28,322 nucleotides of DNA from Deltaproteobacteria bacterium (GTDB lineage Bacteria; Myxococcota_A; Polyangia; Polyangiales; Houyiibacteriaceae), in NCBI GenBank assembly GCA_034670305.1, contig JAXMNT010000073.1, positions 1 to 28,322 on the forward strand, written 5' to 3'. Within the stretch, counting starts at the first letter, position 1; every line of letters begins with the position of its first letter. The notes below the pieces were generated by a model. The model was given only the letters and a program-made list of their open reading frames with translations. It was not told the DNA's origin and ran no database searches. Position numbers and translations under genes: made by a program. Positions 7,868-17,718 of this stretch are shown here, in pieces.

Positions 7868-7997
7868 TCGGCTCGGTGTCGGCGTCGGCGTCCGTGTCGG
7901 CGTCCGTGTCGGCTTCGGTGTCGGCTTCGGTGATCAAGCCACCGAGGGCAAGGGCAAGGGCAAGGGCAAGGGCAAGGGCAAGGGCAAGGGCAAGGGG
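7868..7997 (+). repeat. Composite intergenic element copy 3: (TCGGCN/TCCGTG)n tract, TCGGCTTCGGTGATCAAGCCACC core, (GGGCAA)8
   Basis: Core at 7921-7943 and eight perfect GGGCAA units at 7946-7993, between convergent stop codons. Confidence 0.92.
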
Positions 7998-8026
7998 CTA
8001 CGCCCTATCCGGCTTCGCGTCTTTTC

Positions 8027-8635
8027 TCACCGATACGGATGCGCGCTGAACGCGCCGAGGGCGCGGCGGACGAGTTGGGTCGGGACGTGGCGGCGGACCC
8101 GATCGGCGAGTTCGAAGTGGGCGCCGGCGTAGGCTTCGTCGTAGCGCTCGCTGGCGGCGAGGACCTCGCGAAAGCGGCCCCAGCGCTGCGCTTCTTCGAC
8201 GTCGGCCCGCGCCTCGCGCACGGCGGGTTGGGCGTCGACGAGTTCGAAGCACAAGGACTCCGCCGCCAACACGAAAGCGTTCACGTCCCCGCCCTGCTCA
8301 AAGCGCATCAACGCCCGCTGCGTGGCGACGAGTACCGCGGAGGATGCACCGGCGGCTCCCTCGGCCGGGACCACGCCCCACTCACGGGGGTCGACCGGCT
8401 CGCTGTCGCGGAACGGCACGTCTTCGAAGAGTGCGCGGGTGGCCGCGTGCAACACGCCGGGTTCGATGTCGACGCGCGCCGCCAACTCCAAGCACCACGA
8501 ACCTCGTGGACAGGCCATCCACGCACCGGCGGCGTCGTCTCCGAACGGCTCCAAGTAGCGGGTGAGTTCACGGGTGGCTCCCCGGCGCCCCAGCTCCTCG
8601 GCAAGGCGTCCGCCGCGCGCGCTCCATCCCAACAC
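8027..8635 (-). CDS. Hypothetical alpha-helical protein (AWxACPRGxW motif)
   Basis: C-terminal part of track ORF 8027..9466 has protein-like composition (YLEPFGDDAAGAWMACPRGSWCLELAAR). Start uncertain; GTG 8635 chosen. Confidence 0.6.
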   Translation of the reverse strand: MLGWSARGGRLAEELGRRGATRELTRYLEPFGDDAAGAWMACPRGSWCLELAARVDIEPGVLHAATRALFEDVPFRDSEPVDPREWGVVPAEGAAGASSAVLVATQRALMRFEQGGDVNAFVLAAESLCFELVDAQPAVREARADVEEAQRWGRFREVLAASERYDEAYAGAHFELADRVRRHVPTQLVRRALGAFSAHPYR

Positions 8636-8758
8636 CGCGCGAAGACTGAAGAAGAAGCGCACTGCGAACACTCTACCCGATGATGCCGACGACCTCCCCT
8701 CTTCGAGGGTGGCGATGCCCATGCCGATGTCCGCGCGATTGGGGTACCGTCCGGGTCC

Positions 8759-9520
8759 ATGGGCCACAGCATTCAGCTTCAGACCAAGCATGCGGACAAC
8801 GGGGCGGCCATCGACGAGCTCGCGACGGTCGTGGATGCCGAGGGCCTGTGGCTGACCCACGACGAGTCGGTCCCGGCGGACGAATGGGTGGCGTTCGAGG
8901 TCTCGCTCGGCGATGGCAGTGTGTTCCTCGAAGGCATGGGGCGGTGCGAGAAGAGCCAGGCCACCGCGACGGGGTTCTCGGTGCGGTTGACGACGCTCCA
9001 GTTCGATCCCTCGAACGAACTCATCTTCGAGCGGATCCTCCTCGCCAAAGAGGACCAGGACGAGGGCGGCCGGTTGACGGGAGAAGTGGACGTGGGGGCG
9101 ATGGCGCGCGCAGACGATTCGAAGTCGTCGCCACCGGTCTCCGGCGTGCCGGTGGACCGACCGAGCCACCTCAGCCCACTCGCCACGCCCGGCCCGCCGG
9201 TCAAACCTCCCCCGCCTTTGCCGAAACCCAAACCCTCGTCGCCGCCGCCGCCGCTCGCCGCTGGGCTCCCGCGACCTTCTCGGCCGCCGCCCGCCCAACC
9301 CCGGACACCCTTTGTGGATCCACCCTCTCGGACCGGCGTGGGTGAAGACACCCAGTCCGACATGCTGGTCCCGCAGAACCTCCCGGCCGATGTACTCAAG
9401 GACCTCAAACGGGTGACGGCTCGGCTGGTGGCCGAAGGCCGGGTGCGTGACTTGGCGGAGGCCCACGTGTTGGTGCTACGGGTAGGGCTCAGTGCCCTCG
9501 ATCCGTACCTCGACGACTAG
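8759..9520 (+). CDS. Protein with N-terminal PilZ-like (myxobacterial TIGR02266-like) domain, Pro-rich linker and small C-terminal helical domain
   Basis: GLWL...WVAFEVSLGDGSVFLEGMGRC...GFSVRL..LQFDP..ELIFERIL resembles that domain pattern; family assignment tentative. Confidence 0.6.
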   Translation: MGHSIQLQTKHADNGAAIDELATVVDAEGLWLTHDESVPADEWVAFEVSLGDGSVFLEGMGRCEKSQATATGFSVRLTTLQFDPSNELIFERILLAKEDQDEGGRLTGEVDVGAMARADDSKSSPPVSGVPVDRPSHLSPLATPGPPVKPPPPLPKPKPSSPPPPLAAGLPRPSRPPPAQPRTPFVDPPSRTGVGEDTQSDMLVPQNLPADVLKDLKRVTARLVAEGRVRDLAEAHVLVLRVGLSALDPYLDD

Positions 9521-12500
9521 CACCGACGGGGCCGATGAGGGCACCACGGGGCGTGCCGCTGCACCCAAGGCGCGACGCGGCTGGTTCGGCAAGATCGTGC
9601 GTGGGCTGCTCTGGTGTGTCGCGGCCGTGCTGGCCCTCGTGTGGAGCGCGCTCTTCCATCTCGACACCGAGGCGGGCCGAACGAACGTCTGCGGCCTGGT
9701 CGAAGCACAGCTGCAGGCCACGTTCGAAGGCGACTTCGAACTGGAGCGCTGTGAGTCGTTGGCGCTCGACGACCTGCGCATCGCGGGCGCGTCGGTCCGG
9801 GTGAGCCCGGACGCGGAGCCCTTTCTCCGCTTGGAGTCGATCCACGTTCGGCCCGATGTGGTGGCGATCTTCTCGGGCAACTTGGTGGTCGACGAGGTGC
9901 ATGCGCGCGGTGGCTGGACCGACGTGCGCGACCCCACCGTCTTCGAACGCGCCTTCGCGACGCGGGTCCCCTCGGTCGACGACGGACCGCCGTCTCTCGT
10001 GCCCACCGTCGTGCTTCGACAGGTGCGTCTCGAAGAACTCGGCGCGCGACTCACCGACGACCTCGAGGTGTTCGCAGACGTCGACGGCTCGGTGCAGATT
10101 GAAGACGGGCTCGGCGGACTGCGCATCGAGGTAGGGCAGGTCGAGGCGCGTGGCCGATTGGAGCGCGACGGGGAGTCGGTCGCGACGTTCGAGACGCTCG
10201 AAGACGCGGGCGTCGAGCTCGGGCGGGCCGGCATCACGACGCTCGAACTGCAAGTGGTGTCCGAGGAGTCCCGGGTGCGCGCCCGTGGCGAGATGGCGTG
10301 GGCCGACGATCTCGGGGATGGCCCGGGCACCCTCTCCGTCGACACGGAGTTCGAGGTCGGCCGCGCGCTCTTCCGCCGATTGGGTCTGCCGGAAGTCGCG
10401 GGGGTGCTCGCGACCGACCTGCGGGGCACAGCACACGTCGAAGGTCCGCTCGCTGCGCTCGCGGCGACGGCCGAACTCACGAGCGATGGCGGGACGCTTC
10501 GGCTGGCCGCGGCCGCCGACGAAGATGCGTGGAACACGTCGGTCTCGACGCGGGACTTCGCGCTCGTGCGGGCGGTAGGCGTCGCGCCCGATGCGATCGT
10601 CGACGCCGATCTCGAAGTGCGCATCGAACCCACCGACGCGGGGGCCTACCGCTTCGTGCTCGACGGATCGTCGATCCGATACGCGCCGGCGGACGGCGAC
10701 GAGATCCGCGTGCCGGAGATCCACGCCCGCGCCGTCGTCGAAGAGAACCGGGCGGTGCTCGAGTCGGTGGACGTGCCCCACCTGAGCGAAGGCGGACACC
10801 TCACGCTGAGCGGCGCGGTCGCGTTCGATGGATCCGGCAACGCGGTGCTCGATGCCGACCTCCCGCAACTGGCACGAGACCCCAACGTGCGCGCCTTGGT
10901 GCCCGGTTTGCGGACGGGCGTACGCGTTCAAGTTCGGGCCGAATGGACCCCGACGACCGTCGAAGCATCGGGCGACGTCGTGGCCACCGATCTGCACTAC
11001 GGAACGTCCGGTGCGGCGCGCGCGGAAGTCCGTGGCCGCGTCTCCGGCAACCTTCCCACGCCCGATGCCCAGCTCCGGATCGAGCTCAGCAACGCCCGCA
11101 GCGGCGACCTCTCACTTCGGAACTTGCACATGCAGGTTGCAGGAGCGCGGCGTTCCGGCGGGCTCGCTCACTACCGCGTCACGGGCGACGCCGACCGAAT
11201 GCACGAGGGCAGGCGCGAAGCAGTGAACCTGGACCTCGATGTCGGGGTGGGCGCAGGCAACCTCTTCACGGCGGATGGCCACGCAGCGGTGACCGGGATC
11301 TGGCGCCTTCCGCTCGCGCTCCGGCTGAACGACGTGCGCGTCGACCCTCGCGGCGTGCGCATCGGGCGGCTCACCCTCGACGGGCGCGAACTCGACCTCG
11401 ACGTGCACGGCACGTACGCGTTCCGTGGCAGCTCCAACCTCGTCGCGGCGCTTCACGGCGTGCCGCTCGAAGTCGTCGACCGAAGGCTCGGCCTCGGGCT
11501 TCAGATGCGCGGGATCGCGAGCGGACACGCGACGGTCCGTGGAACCGTTTCGGCGCCGTCGCTCGACGCGGAGATTCGTCTCGACGAGTTCGGCCTGCGC
11601 GACCTGCCGCTGACCGCCGTTCGCGGCTCGGTGCACATCGGACCTGCCGACACCGGTGGGTCCGAGGCGCACGGTCAACTCGCCGCGCGCGGGGGCTGGG
11701 GAGACCTCGAACTCACCGGGCGCGGGCAGTACGATCGCCCCGACGAGCTGATGCAGGCCGCCTGGACGGTGGACCTGAACGGACGCAACTTGCAGCTCTC
11801 GTCGCTTCTGACGGCGGTGCCGGATCTCTCGCCTGCCGACGTGCCCGTGGACGGAAGTTTCGGGCTGGTCGCGGCGCTCCGCGGCACCACCGACGCGCCG
11901 ACCGCACACGTCGAACTGACGAGCCAGAACCTCCGCTACGACCGGGGAGACCCCATCGAGTTCTCCTTGAACACCGATCTGTCGCCTGCGCGCGTGCAGT
12001 TGCAAACCACACTGTCGGATGCCCACGGCCCCCTCGTGCGCGCGGAGCTGGACTCCCCCCTCGAACCCACCCTCTTCAGCGACTTCTCCCCCGAGCGCGC
12101 GCTCGACCTTCCGTTTCGAGTGGTCGCCTCGGTCCCTTTGCGGAAGCTGCAGCAGTTGCCCCGGCCGCTCCGCGTGGACTTGCCGTTGCGCGCCCAGGCG
12201 GAGCTCGAAGTCCTCGGTGGCCCGGACGGTCCGACAGCGCGGGTGCGATCGCGCACCTTCTGGACCGAAGAAGGCGAGTGCAGCGACTCCATGGTCGGCG
12301 CCACGGTCGAGCTGCGCGACGAGACAGTGACTGCCCACTTGCGTCTGCTGCAGGATCGGGTGGAGGTCGCCACCGCAGACAGCCAGACCGAGGCGCCGCT
12401 GCGGCGCTGGTTGCAGACGGGGTTCCCGACCGCGCCGCCCGTGCTCGACGTGGATGCGAGCGGCGCGAACATCGCACTCGCGCGCGTGCCGATCGCGTGC

Positions 12501-14168
12501 GCCCATGCGACCGGGACGACCCGCTTCACTGCGCAGGTCCGCAACCTCTTTGGACCCGATCCCAGCGTACGCGTGGACGCGAGCGTCGCCGACCTGGTGA
12601 TGGAAGGCACCGAAGCGCTCGACATCGATCTCGCCGCAAACGCGAACGCCGACGAAGGCACCGCCGAGATCTCCGTGCGTGCCCGCGACCGACTGGCCGC
12701 GGAGCTGCGCGCCCGGGCGCCCCTCGATTGGAGCGAAGGGTTGCCCGCCCTCGGCGCCGAACCATGGAACGCATCGGTCAGCTTGGATCGCGCACCGGTG
12801 GCCGTCCTCGTCGCGCCGGTTCCCTCGCTCGAACAGCCGGCCGGGCACCTCGACGGTGAGATCCGTTTGTCGGGTCAGGGCGAGGAGGTGCGTGCGCGGG
12901 GCGGTGTCGAGCTGCTCGATGTGTCGCTGACGGTTCGGGATCCATTCGTGCGGGTCGAGCGCCTCGGCGGACGCATCGCGCTCAACGACCGGGGCCTCGA
13001 GCTGCGCGACATTCGAATGGAGGACCGCGACGGCGAGCTGCGGCTCAACGGCCGCATCGACATGGACGGATGGACCCCGACGGCGGCGGAACTCGAGCTC
13101 TACGCGCACGAGATGCCGGCACGGGTGGACGGCGTCATCTTCGCGTTCGTCAACGCCCAGGTGGACGTCGAGGCGCGCCTTCGGGACGAACGTGCGGTGG
13201 ATGTGCGGATGCGCGAAGTCGCGGTGCGTCTCCCGGAAGAGAGCGGCCGCGCGGTCCAGCGCTTGAACGGCCACGACGACGTCATCTACGAAGACGATGT
13301 GCGCTTCTCGCTCGCACCGGGAACCCAGCTCTGCGACGACGGCACGGCTCCACCGTGCCCCACGCCACTCGAGGTGGCGCAAACGGAGACCGACGAAGAA
13401 GAAGAGGAGGAGGCCACGCCTCCGCTCGTGGTCCAGATCACCGCGCGTCCGTTCTGGGTGCGGCGGGACGACTTCGCGATTCAGCTCTCGACCGACCTGC
13501 GCCTCGTGGTCGACGATCGCGGCGCGCGGCTCACCGGACCGGTGGATGTGCGCCGCGGCTTCATCGTGTTGCTCGGCAAACGTTTCGAGATGCGCCGCTC
13601 CGAGATCCGGTTCAGCGGCGCCGCGGACACCGATCCACGACTCGACATCATCGCGGTGCACGAGCTCCGCACCGGCGCGCCGGTCACCGTGCACATCGGT
13701 GGTTTCCTCAGCCGCCCCACCCTCACCTTCTCGTCGCCCGGCGCCGAGAGTGAACGAGACGTCATCGCGCTGCTCGTTCGGGGGCGCGCTGCGAGCCAGA
13801 CCTCGTCCGGCACCGCGCGGGACCAGGCCGCGTCGGTACTCGCTGGTCTGATGGCTGGCCTGCTGAGTTCGTTGACCCGGCGCGAGATCGGTCAATACAT
13901 CCCGGTCTTCAGCATCGAGTCGGACGACAGCCGCAGCGCCCGCATCCGCGCGGGCTTCCAGGCCGACTCGCTCATCCCCGAGTTCCTCGAAGGCGTGGTC
14001 AACGGCGTGTACGTCGAAGGCTTCGTCGGCACCGAAGGGCAAGACGGCGGACAGAGCACGACCGGTGGGTTCCTCATCGAGTTGCTCTTCCCGCGCCACC
14101 TCGTGGGCAGCGGCACCTACGAAGAACCCAGCAACTGGTCGCTCGATCTCACGTGGGAGCCGCTGTGA
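9492..14168 (+). CDS. tamB: Translocation and assembly module TamB-like protein
   Basis: 1558 aa; N-terminal TM anchor, long amphipathic beta-strand region and DUF490-like C-terminus (LTGPVDVRRG..LLGKRFEM...DPRLDI.A...VHIGG...PTLTFSS); adjacent to an Omp85 gene. Confidence 0.88.
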   Translation: MPSIRTSTTSTDGADEGTTGRAAAPKARRGWFGKIVRGLLWCVAAVLALVWSALFHLDTEAGRTNVCGLVEAQLQATFEGDFELERCESLALDDLRIAGASVRVSPDAEPFLRLESIHVRPDVVAIFSGNLVVDEVHARGGWTDVRDPTVFERAFATRVPSVDDGPPSLVPTVVLRQVRLEELGARLTDDLEVFADVDGSVQIEDGLGGLRIEVGQVEARGRLERDGESVATFETLEDAGVELGRAGITTLELQVVSEESRVRARGEMAWADDLGDGPGTLSVDTEFEVGRALFRRLGLPEVAGVLATDLRGTAHVEGPLAALAATAELTSDGGTLRLAAAADEDAWNTSVSTRDFALVRAVGVAPDAIVDADLEVRIEPTDAGAYRFVLDGSSIRYAPADGDEIRVPEIHARAVVEENRAVLESVDVPHLSEGGHLTLSGAVAFDGSGNAVLDADLPQLARDPNVRALVPGLRTGVRVQVRAEWTPTTVEASGDVVATDLHYGTSGAARAEVRGRVSGNLPTPDAQLRIELSNARSGDLSLRNLHMQVAGARRSGGLAHYRVTGDADRMHEGRREAVNLDLDVGVGAGNLFTADGHAAVTGIWRLPLALRLNDVRVDPRGVRIGRLTLDGRELDLDVHGTYAFRGSSNLVAALHGVPLEVVDRRLGLGLQMRGIASGHATVRGTVSAPSLDAEIRLDEFGLRDLPLTAVRGSVHIGPADTGGSEAHGQLAARGGWGDLELTGRGQYDRPDELMQAAWTVDLNGRNLQLSSLLTAVPDLSPADVPVDGSFGLVAALRGTTDAPTAHVELTSQNLRYDRGDPIEFSLNTDLSPARVQLQTTLSDAHGPLVRAELDSPLEPTLFSDFSPERALDLPFRVVASVPLRKLQQLPRPLRVDLPLRAQAELEVLGGPDGPTARVRSRTFWTEEGECSDSMVGATVELRDETVTAHLRLLQDRVEVATADSQTEAPLRRWLQTGFPTAPPVLDVDASGANIALARVPIACAHATGTTRFTAQVRNLFGPDPSVRVDASVADLVMEGTEALDIDLAANANADEGTAEISVRARDRLAAELRARAPLDWSEGLPALGAEPWNASVSLDRAPVAVLVAPVPSLEQPAGHLDGEIRLSGQGEEVRARGGVELLDVSLTVRDPFVRVERLGGRIALNDRGLELRDIRMEDRDGELRLNGRIDMDGWTPTAAELELYAHEMPARVDGVIFAFVNAQVDVEARLRDERAVDVRMREVAVRLPEESGRAVQRLNGHDDVIYEDDVRFSLAPGTQLCDDGTAPPCPTPLEVAQTETDEEEEEEATPPLVVQITARPFWVRRDDFAIQLSTDLRLVVDDRGARLTGPVDVRRGFIVLLGKRFEMRRSEIRFSGAADTDPRLDIIAVHELRTGAPVTVHIGGFLSRPTLTFSSPGAESERDVIALLVRGRAASQTSSGTARDQAASVLAGLMAGLLSSLTRREIGQYIPVFSIESDDSRSARIRAGFQADSLIPEFLEGVVNGVYVEGFVGTEGQDGGQSTTGGFLIELLFPRHLVGSGTYEEPSNWSLDLTWEPL

Positions 14169-16327
14169 CGCGTTCGTCCACGGCTTCCATCTGTGGCGCA
14201 GAGCGCGTCTGCCGCAGCATGGCGGGGCCGCTCGCGTGCGCGTTCATGCTCGCCGCGTGCGGAGACGTGCCCGCGAACCGCTACGGGATCGACCGCATCC
14301 GGCTCGAAGGCATGGAGACCATGGACGAGGATGCGCTCCGCGCGTGCCTCTCCATCTCCGAGAGACCGCGCGCCGGTTTGAACTTCGCGGTCCAGAGCGC
14401 GGGCTCCTGTGGCGAGGCACCATTCGACGCGGGCCGCACCGAGCTCCGCTTGTGGGCTTGGCCCTGGACCGAATGGCCGCTCTTCGACCGCGTTGCGCTC
14501 ACGCAGGATCTGCGACGCATCGAGCGCTGGTACGCGGCGCGCGGGTTTCATGGCGCCGAGGTCGAGGAGGTCGTCGTCCTGCCAGAAGCGGCGCTCTCGG
14601 ACGACACGTTGCCCGCGGAAGAGCCCGAACCGAGCTGCGAACGGCTAAGCGACGACGAAGGGTGTTCCGTCGAGGTCACCATTCGAATCCAAGAGGGCGC
14701 GCCTACCCTGCTCACGGAGATCACGCTCCGCGGCCACGAGTCGCTCCCCTCGTCGCTCCGCCGCACCATCGAAGGCGCGGTCGAGTTGGAGGTCGGTGAA
14801 CGGTTCGACGAGGCCACGTACGACGCGACCAAACGCGCGATCGCCGCCGCGCTCGCCGAAGAAGGATACGCGCGCGCGCGGATCCTCGGAGAAGCGCGCG
14901 TCGACCGCCCGAACCGCACCGCCCGGGTGGACCTTCACGTCGAATCCGGGCCGCTCTGCACCTTCGGGGAGCTCCACATCGAGGGCGCGGACGACCTGCC
15001 ACTCGGACCCATCGCGGACGCGACCCGCATCGACCCGGGAGAGGAGTTCAGCCTGCACGACGTCCAGGAGGCGCAGAAGGCCGTGTTCGGCCTCGGCGCG
15101 TTCAGTGGCGTCGTCGTGGAACCGATGCTCGAGACCGACGCCAACCCGGACCCGAGCGTCATCGACGTCCGGGTGACGGTGACGCCGGCGCGCCGCCACC
15201 GGTTCGGCCTCGGCGGCGGCGTGCAGAGCGGTGTGGTCACCCGCGGCGACTCGGAACCGATCAGCGTGCCGCTCTGGGACCTGCACCTCAAAGCACAATA
15301 CGAGAACCGCAACATGCTCGGCGGCTTGCGGCGACTGCGGCTTGAAGAGCGTCCTCGCATGATCATTCAGGAGCCCTTCCCGAGCTTCGACCGGCCGCGT
15401 TTCGGCAACGTGCTCTCGGCCGAGCTGCGGCAGCCTGGCTTTCTCGAAGCGCGCACCACGTTGGTGGCCGGCGCCGAGCACGAGTTCGGACCGGATCCGT
15501 TCGACACCTTCTTCCGCCACCGGGTGGACGGCCGCCTCTCTGTCGAACGCAACTTCTGGCAACACCGCATCTTCGCGAGCCTCGGATGGCGCGCGAGCTT
15601 CTACCGCGTGCCTTCCGACGAGCTGACCAACGCGGGCGAAGAGCCTCCGTCCGACTACGATCTCATGTACCTCGAGCAGGTCGTGCGGCTCGATCTCCGC
15701 GACGACCCCAACCGTCCCCACGCCGGGTTCTTCATGCAGCTGCGCGCACAAGAGGCGGGCTTCTTTCTCCGCAGCTCCTGGGACTACGTACGCCTCACCC
15801 CCGACGTACGTGCCTACATCCCACTGCCGAAACGCATCACCATCGCCGCGCGGTTCGCGATGGGCATGTACTTCATTCGCGGGGTCGACCCCGACATCGA
15901 CGAGACCAGCGCCGCGCTCGGCCCGCGGGACCTACGCATCCGTGGCGGCGGCGCCAGCAGCAACCGTGGCTACTTGGCTGGGCGGCTCGGCGACGGAACC
16001 GACGGCGGCACCCGGCGATGGGAAGCGAGCCTCGAGATGCGGTTCCCGGTCACCGCAGATCTCGGCGCGGTCTTGTTCGCGGACGTCGGAGACGTGAGCC
16101 GCGACCCCAACTTCCGGTTCGACCATCCGCAGACGAGCGTGGGACTCGGCCTGCGCTACTTCACGATCGTCGGCCCCATCCGATTCGACATCGCGTGGCA
16201 GATCCGCGACCTCGCCGTCGTCGGAAACGACGAGCGCATCCGCAGCACAAGCGACGACACCGAAGTGAACTTCGGCCTCTTCCGCTTCCCCGGCGCCTAC
16301 CACATCTCCATCGGCGAATCGTTCTGA
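14165..16327 (+). CDS. Omp85 family (TamA/BamA-like) outer membrane protein with POTRA domains and a lipobox
   Basis: FMLAAC lipobox; POTRA motifs (DLRRIERWYAARGF, LAEEGYARA); GGASSNRGY loop; GLGLRYFTIVGPIRFD; terminal SIGESF. GTG 14165 overlaps the tamB stop; alternative ATG at 14219. Confidence 0.92.
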   Translation: MTRSSTASICGAERVCRSMAGPLACAFMLAACGDVPANRYGIDRIRLEGMETMDEDALRACLSISERPRAGLNFAVQSAGSCGEAPFDAGRTELRLWAWPWTEWPLFDRVALTQDLRRIERWYAARGFHGAEVEEVVVLPEAALSDDTLPAEEPEPSCERLSDDEGCSVEVTIRIQEGAPTLLTEITLRGHESLPSSLRRTIEGAVELEVGERFDEATYDATKRAIAAALAEEGYARARILGEARVDRPNRTARVDLHVESGPLCTFGELHIEGADDLPLGPIADATRIDPGEEFSLHDVQEAQKAVFGLGAFSGVVVEPMLETDANPDPSVIDVRVTVTPARRHRFGLGGGVQSGVVTRGDSEPISVPLWDLHLKAQYENRNMLGGLRRLRLEERPRMIIQEPFPSFDRPRFGNVLSAELRQPGFLEARTTLVAGAEHEFGPDPFDTFFRHRVDGRLSVERNFWQHRIFASLGWRASFYRVPSDELTNAGEEPPSDYDLMYLEQVVRLDLRDDPNRPHAGFFMQLRAQEAGFFLRSSWDYVRLTPDVRAYIPLPKRITIAARFAMGMYFIRGVDPDIDETSAALGPRDLRIRGGGASSNRGYLAGRLGDGTDGGTRRWEASLEMRFPVTADLGAVLFADVGDVSRDPNFRFDHPQTSVGLGLRYFTIVGPIRFDIAWQIRDLAVVGNDERIRSTSDDTEVNFGLFRFPGAYHISIGESF

Positions 16328-16423
16328 GTGCCTATGCGCCGTGGCGCGGTCACACAGTCGGAGCCGACACGCCAACCTCAGCACGCGCCCGCTGTGATCT
16401 GTGCAGCGCCGAACGCGCCAAGC

Positions 16424-16738
16424 TCATCGTGCGCGCGCTTCCAAGTCCTCGAGGCTGACGCTCGGATCCAGGTAGTCGCGGACCTTCCCGACCACGTACT
16501 TCTTGCCACCGAGTTTCTCGGCCAGGAAGCCCGCATCGACCTCGGCCCACACACGCCCGTTTCCCACCGCGATCTTCGCGTCGAACTTCACCTTCAGCAC
16601 CCTGCCGCGCATGGTCCCCGTCGTGCCGGTCCAGGTCGTCTCGATCTTGTACTTGGCGTACCAGTAGTCGGCCAAGGCGTGCATCCGCGCGAGCGCGGCG
16701 TCGTCGTCACAGGTGTAGGGCTCGTCGAGCGTGAGCAT
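16424..16738 (-). CDS. Polyhydroxyalkanoic acid system (PHA_gran_rgn-like) small protein
   Basis: 104 aa; helix, YKIETTWTG, beta hairpins and GFLAEKLGG pattern. Confidence 0.65.
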   Translation of the reverse strand: MLTLDEPYTCDDDAALARMHALADYWYAKYKIETTWTGTTGTMRGRVLKVKFDAKIAVGNGRVWAEVDAGFLAEKLGGKKYVVGKVRDYLDPSVSLEDLEARAR

Positions 16739-16833
16739 GCCGCGATGCTATCGCGCGGGGCGGCAGAGCGCACGATCGCGGTTCACCGGAGACCGCCCTC
16801 GCAGGCTCGGTTGGCATCGACGACAACGGACAC

Positions 16834-17157
16834 GTGCGGCGCTTCGTACGGATCGGTTTCGACGTCGCCGAACACGCCACGGTCGAAGCGCTTGTGCACC
16901 GCGGACGTGCCGCCTTGCCCGCGTTGCTCGCCGCGGTCGAGCGCGACCGAAGACTCAGCCGCCTCGTCCGCTTCTGGCGGGACTACGACGCCGGCCGCGA
17001 AGTCATGCCGGTCCGCGAAGTCGCCTACCGCACGGCGTTGATGATCCTCCACTCTCTGAGCGCCGAAGGCGAACCAGCGCTCCGGCCCGACCAACGCATC
17101 GAGCTCACCAACGCCGACGTCGAGATCCTCCGCACCCGCATCGCAGAGGTGTTGTGA
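16834..17157 (+). CDS. Hypothetical protein, possibly a 5'-truncated remnant
   Basis: Protein-like sequence (ALVHRGRAALPALL..VERDRRLSRLVRFWRDY) with GC3-rich codons; no convincing start or RBS. Confidence 0.5.
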   Translation: MRRFVRIGFDVAEHATVEALVHRGRAALPALLAAVERDRRLSRLVRFWRDYDAGREVMPVREVAYRTALMILHSLSAEGEPALRPDQRIELTNADVEILRTRIAEVL

Positions 17158-17199
17158 TGCGTCGCCACCCCGGCCAAGGGATTGTCCAGCCGCTCTGAA

Positions 17200-17673
17200 T
17201 CAGTCTGCTTCCAACAGAACGTACAGATCGTCGTGTTCCTCAACCATCAACGCCAGCAGATCCGGCCCGAGGATGGTCTCCCAATGGTCGGGGTCGGTCC
17301 GGACAAGCCCACGAAGGGTTGGAGACACCACGAACAGCTCTTGCTCCGGCCACGGACCGACCATGAATGGCCGCCTGAGCTCTGCCCAAACTGTTGGCTC
17401 GGGTCGAGTGCCGACTCCAGTGCGGTAGAACCCCAGCGGCTCAGACCGATGTTCCGCGCGGTCGGCGGCGGGGACCATCCGCTCGATCGTGTCCGACAAA
17501 CTGTCGGGCCCATCGGCTGGGCGCTCGCACTGGTACTCGAGCGTTTGAAACACCTCGCCGGTCCCCGGATTGCGGCGGTCAAGTGGTGTTGGGCTGGTCG
17601 GTGGCTCGACCCAGCCAGGAAGCTTTTCGCGCAGAGCTTCCGGCGTGCAACGAAAGTAGAGTGCGTAGGCCAT
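17200..17673 (-). CDS. Hypothetical protein
   Basis: ATG at 17673 (MAYALYFRCTPEALREKLPGW..RNPGTGE); balanced composition; region visibly less GC-rich. Confidence 0.55.
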   Translation of the reverse strand: MAYALYFRCTPEALREKLPGWVEPPTSPTPLDRRNPGTGEVFQTLEYQCERPADGPDSLSDTIERMVPAADRAEHRSEPLGFYRTGVGTRPEPTVWAELRRPFMVGPWPEQELFVVSPTLRGLVRTDPDHWETILGPDLLALMVEEHDDLYVLLEAD

Positions 17674-17718
17674 AGGCAAGCATGTAGGTGAGAAACACCA
17701 GCGCTGGCAAGAACATCC

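Noticed and set aside
3256-7997. Repeat tracts as a CRISPR array
   Set aside because: No constant 25-40-nt repeat with regular unique spacers, and no cas genes.
7998-8016. CGCCCTATCCGGCT resembling an enterobacterial REP half
   Set aside because: Single copy, no palindromic partner, short match in GC-rich DNA.
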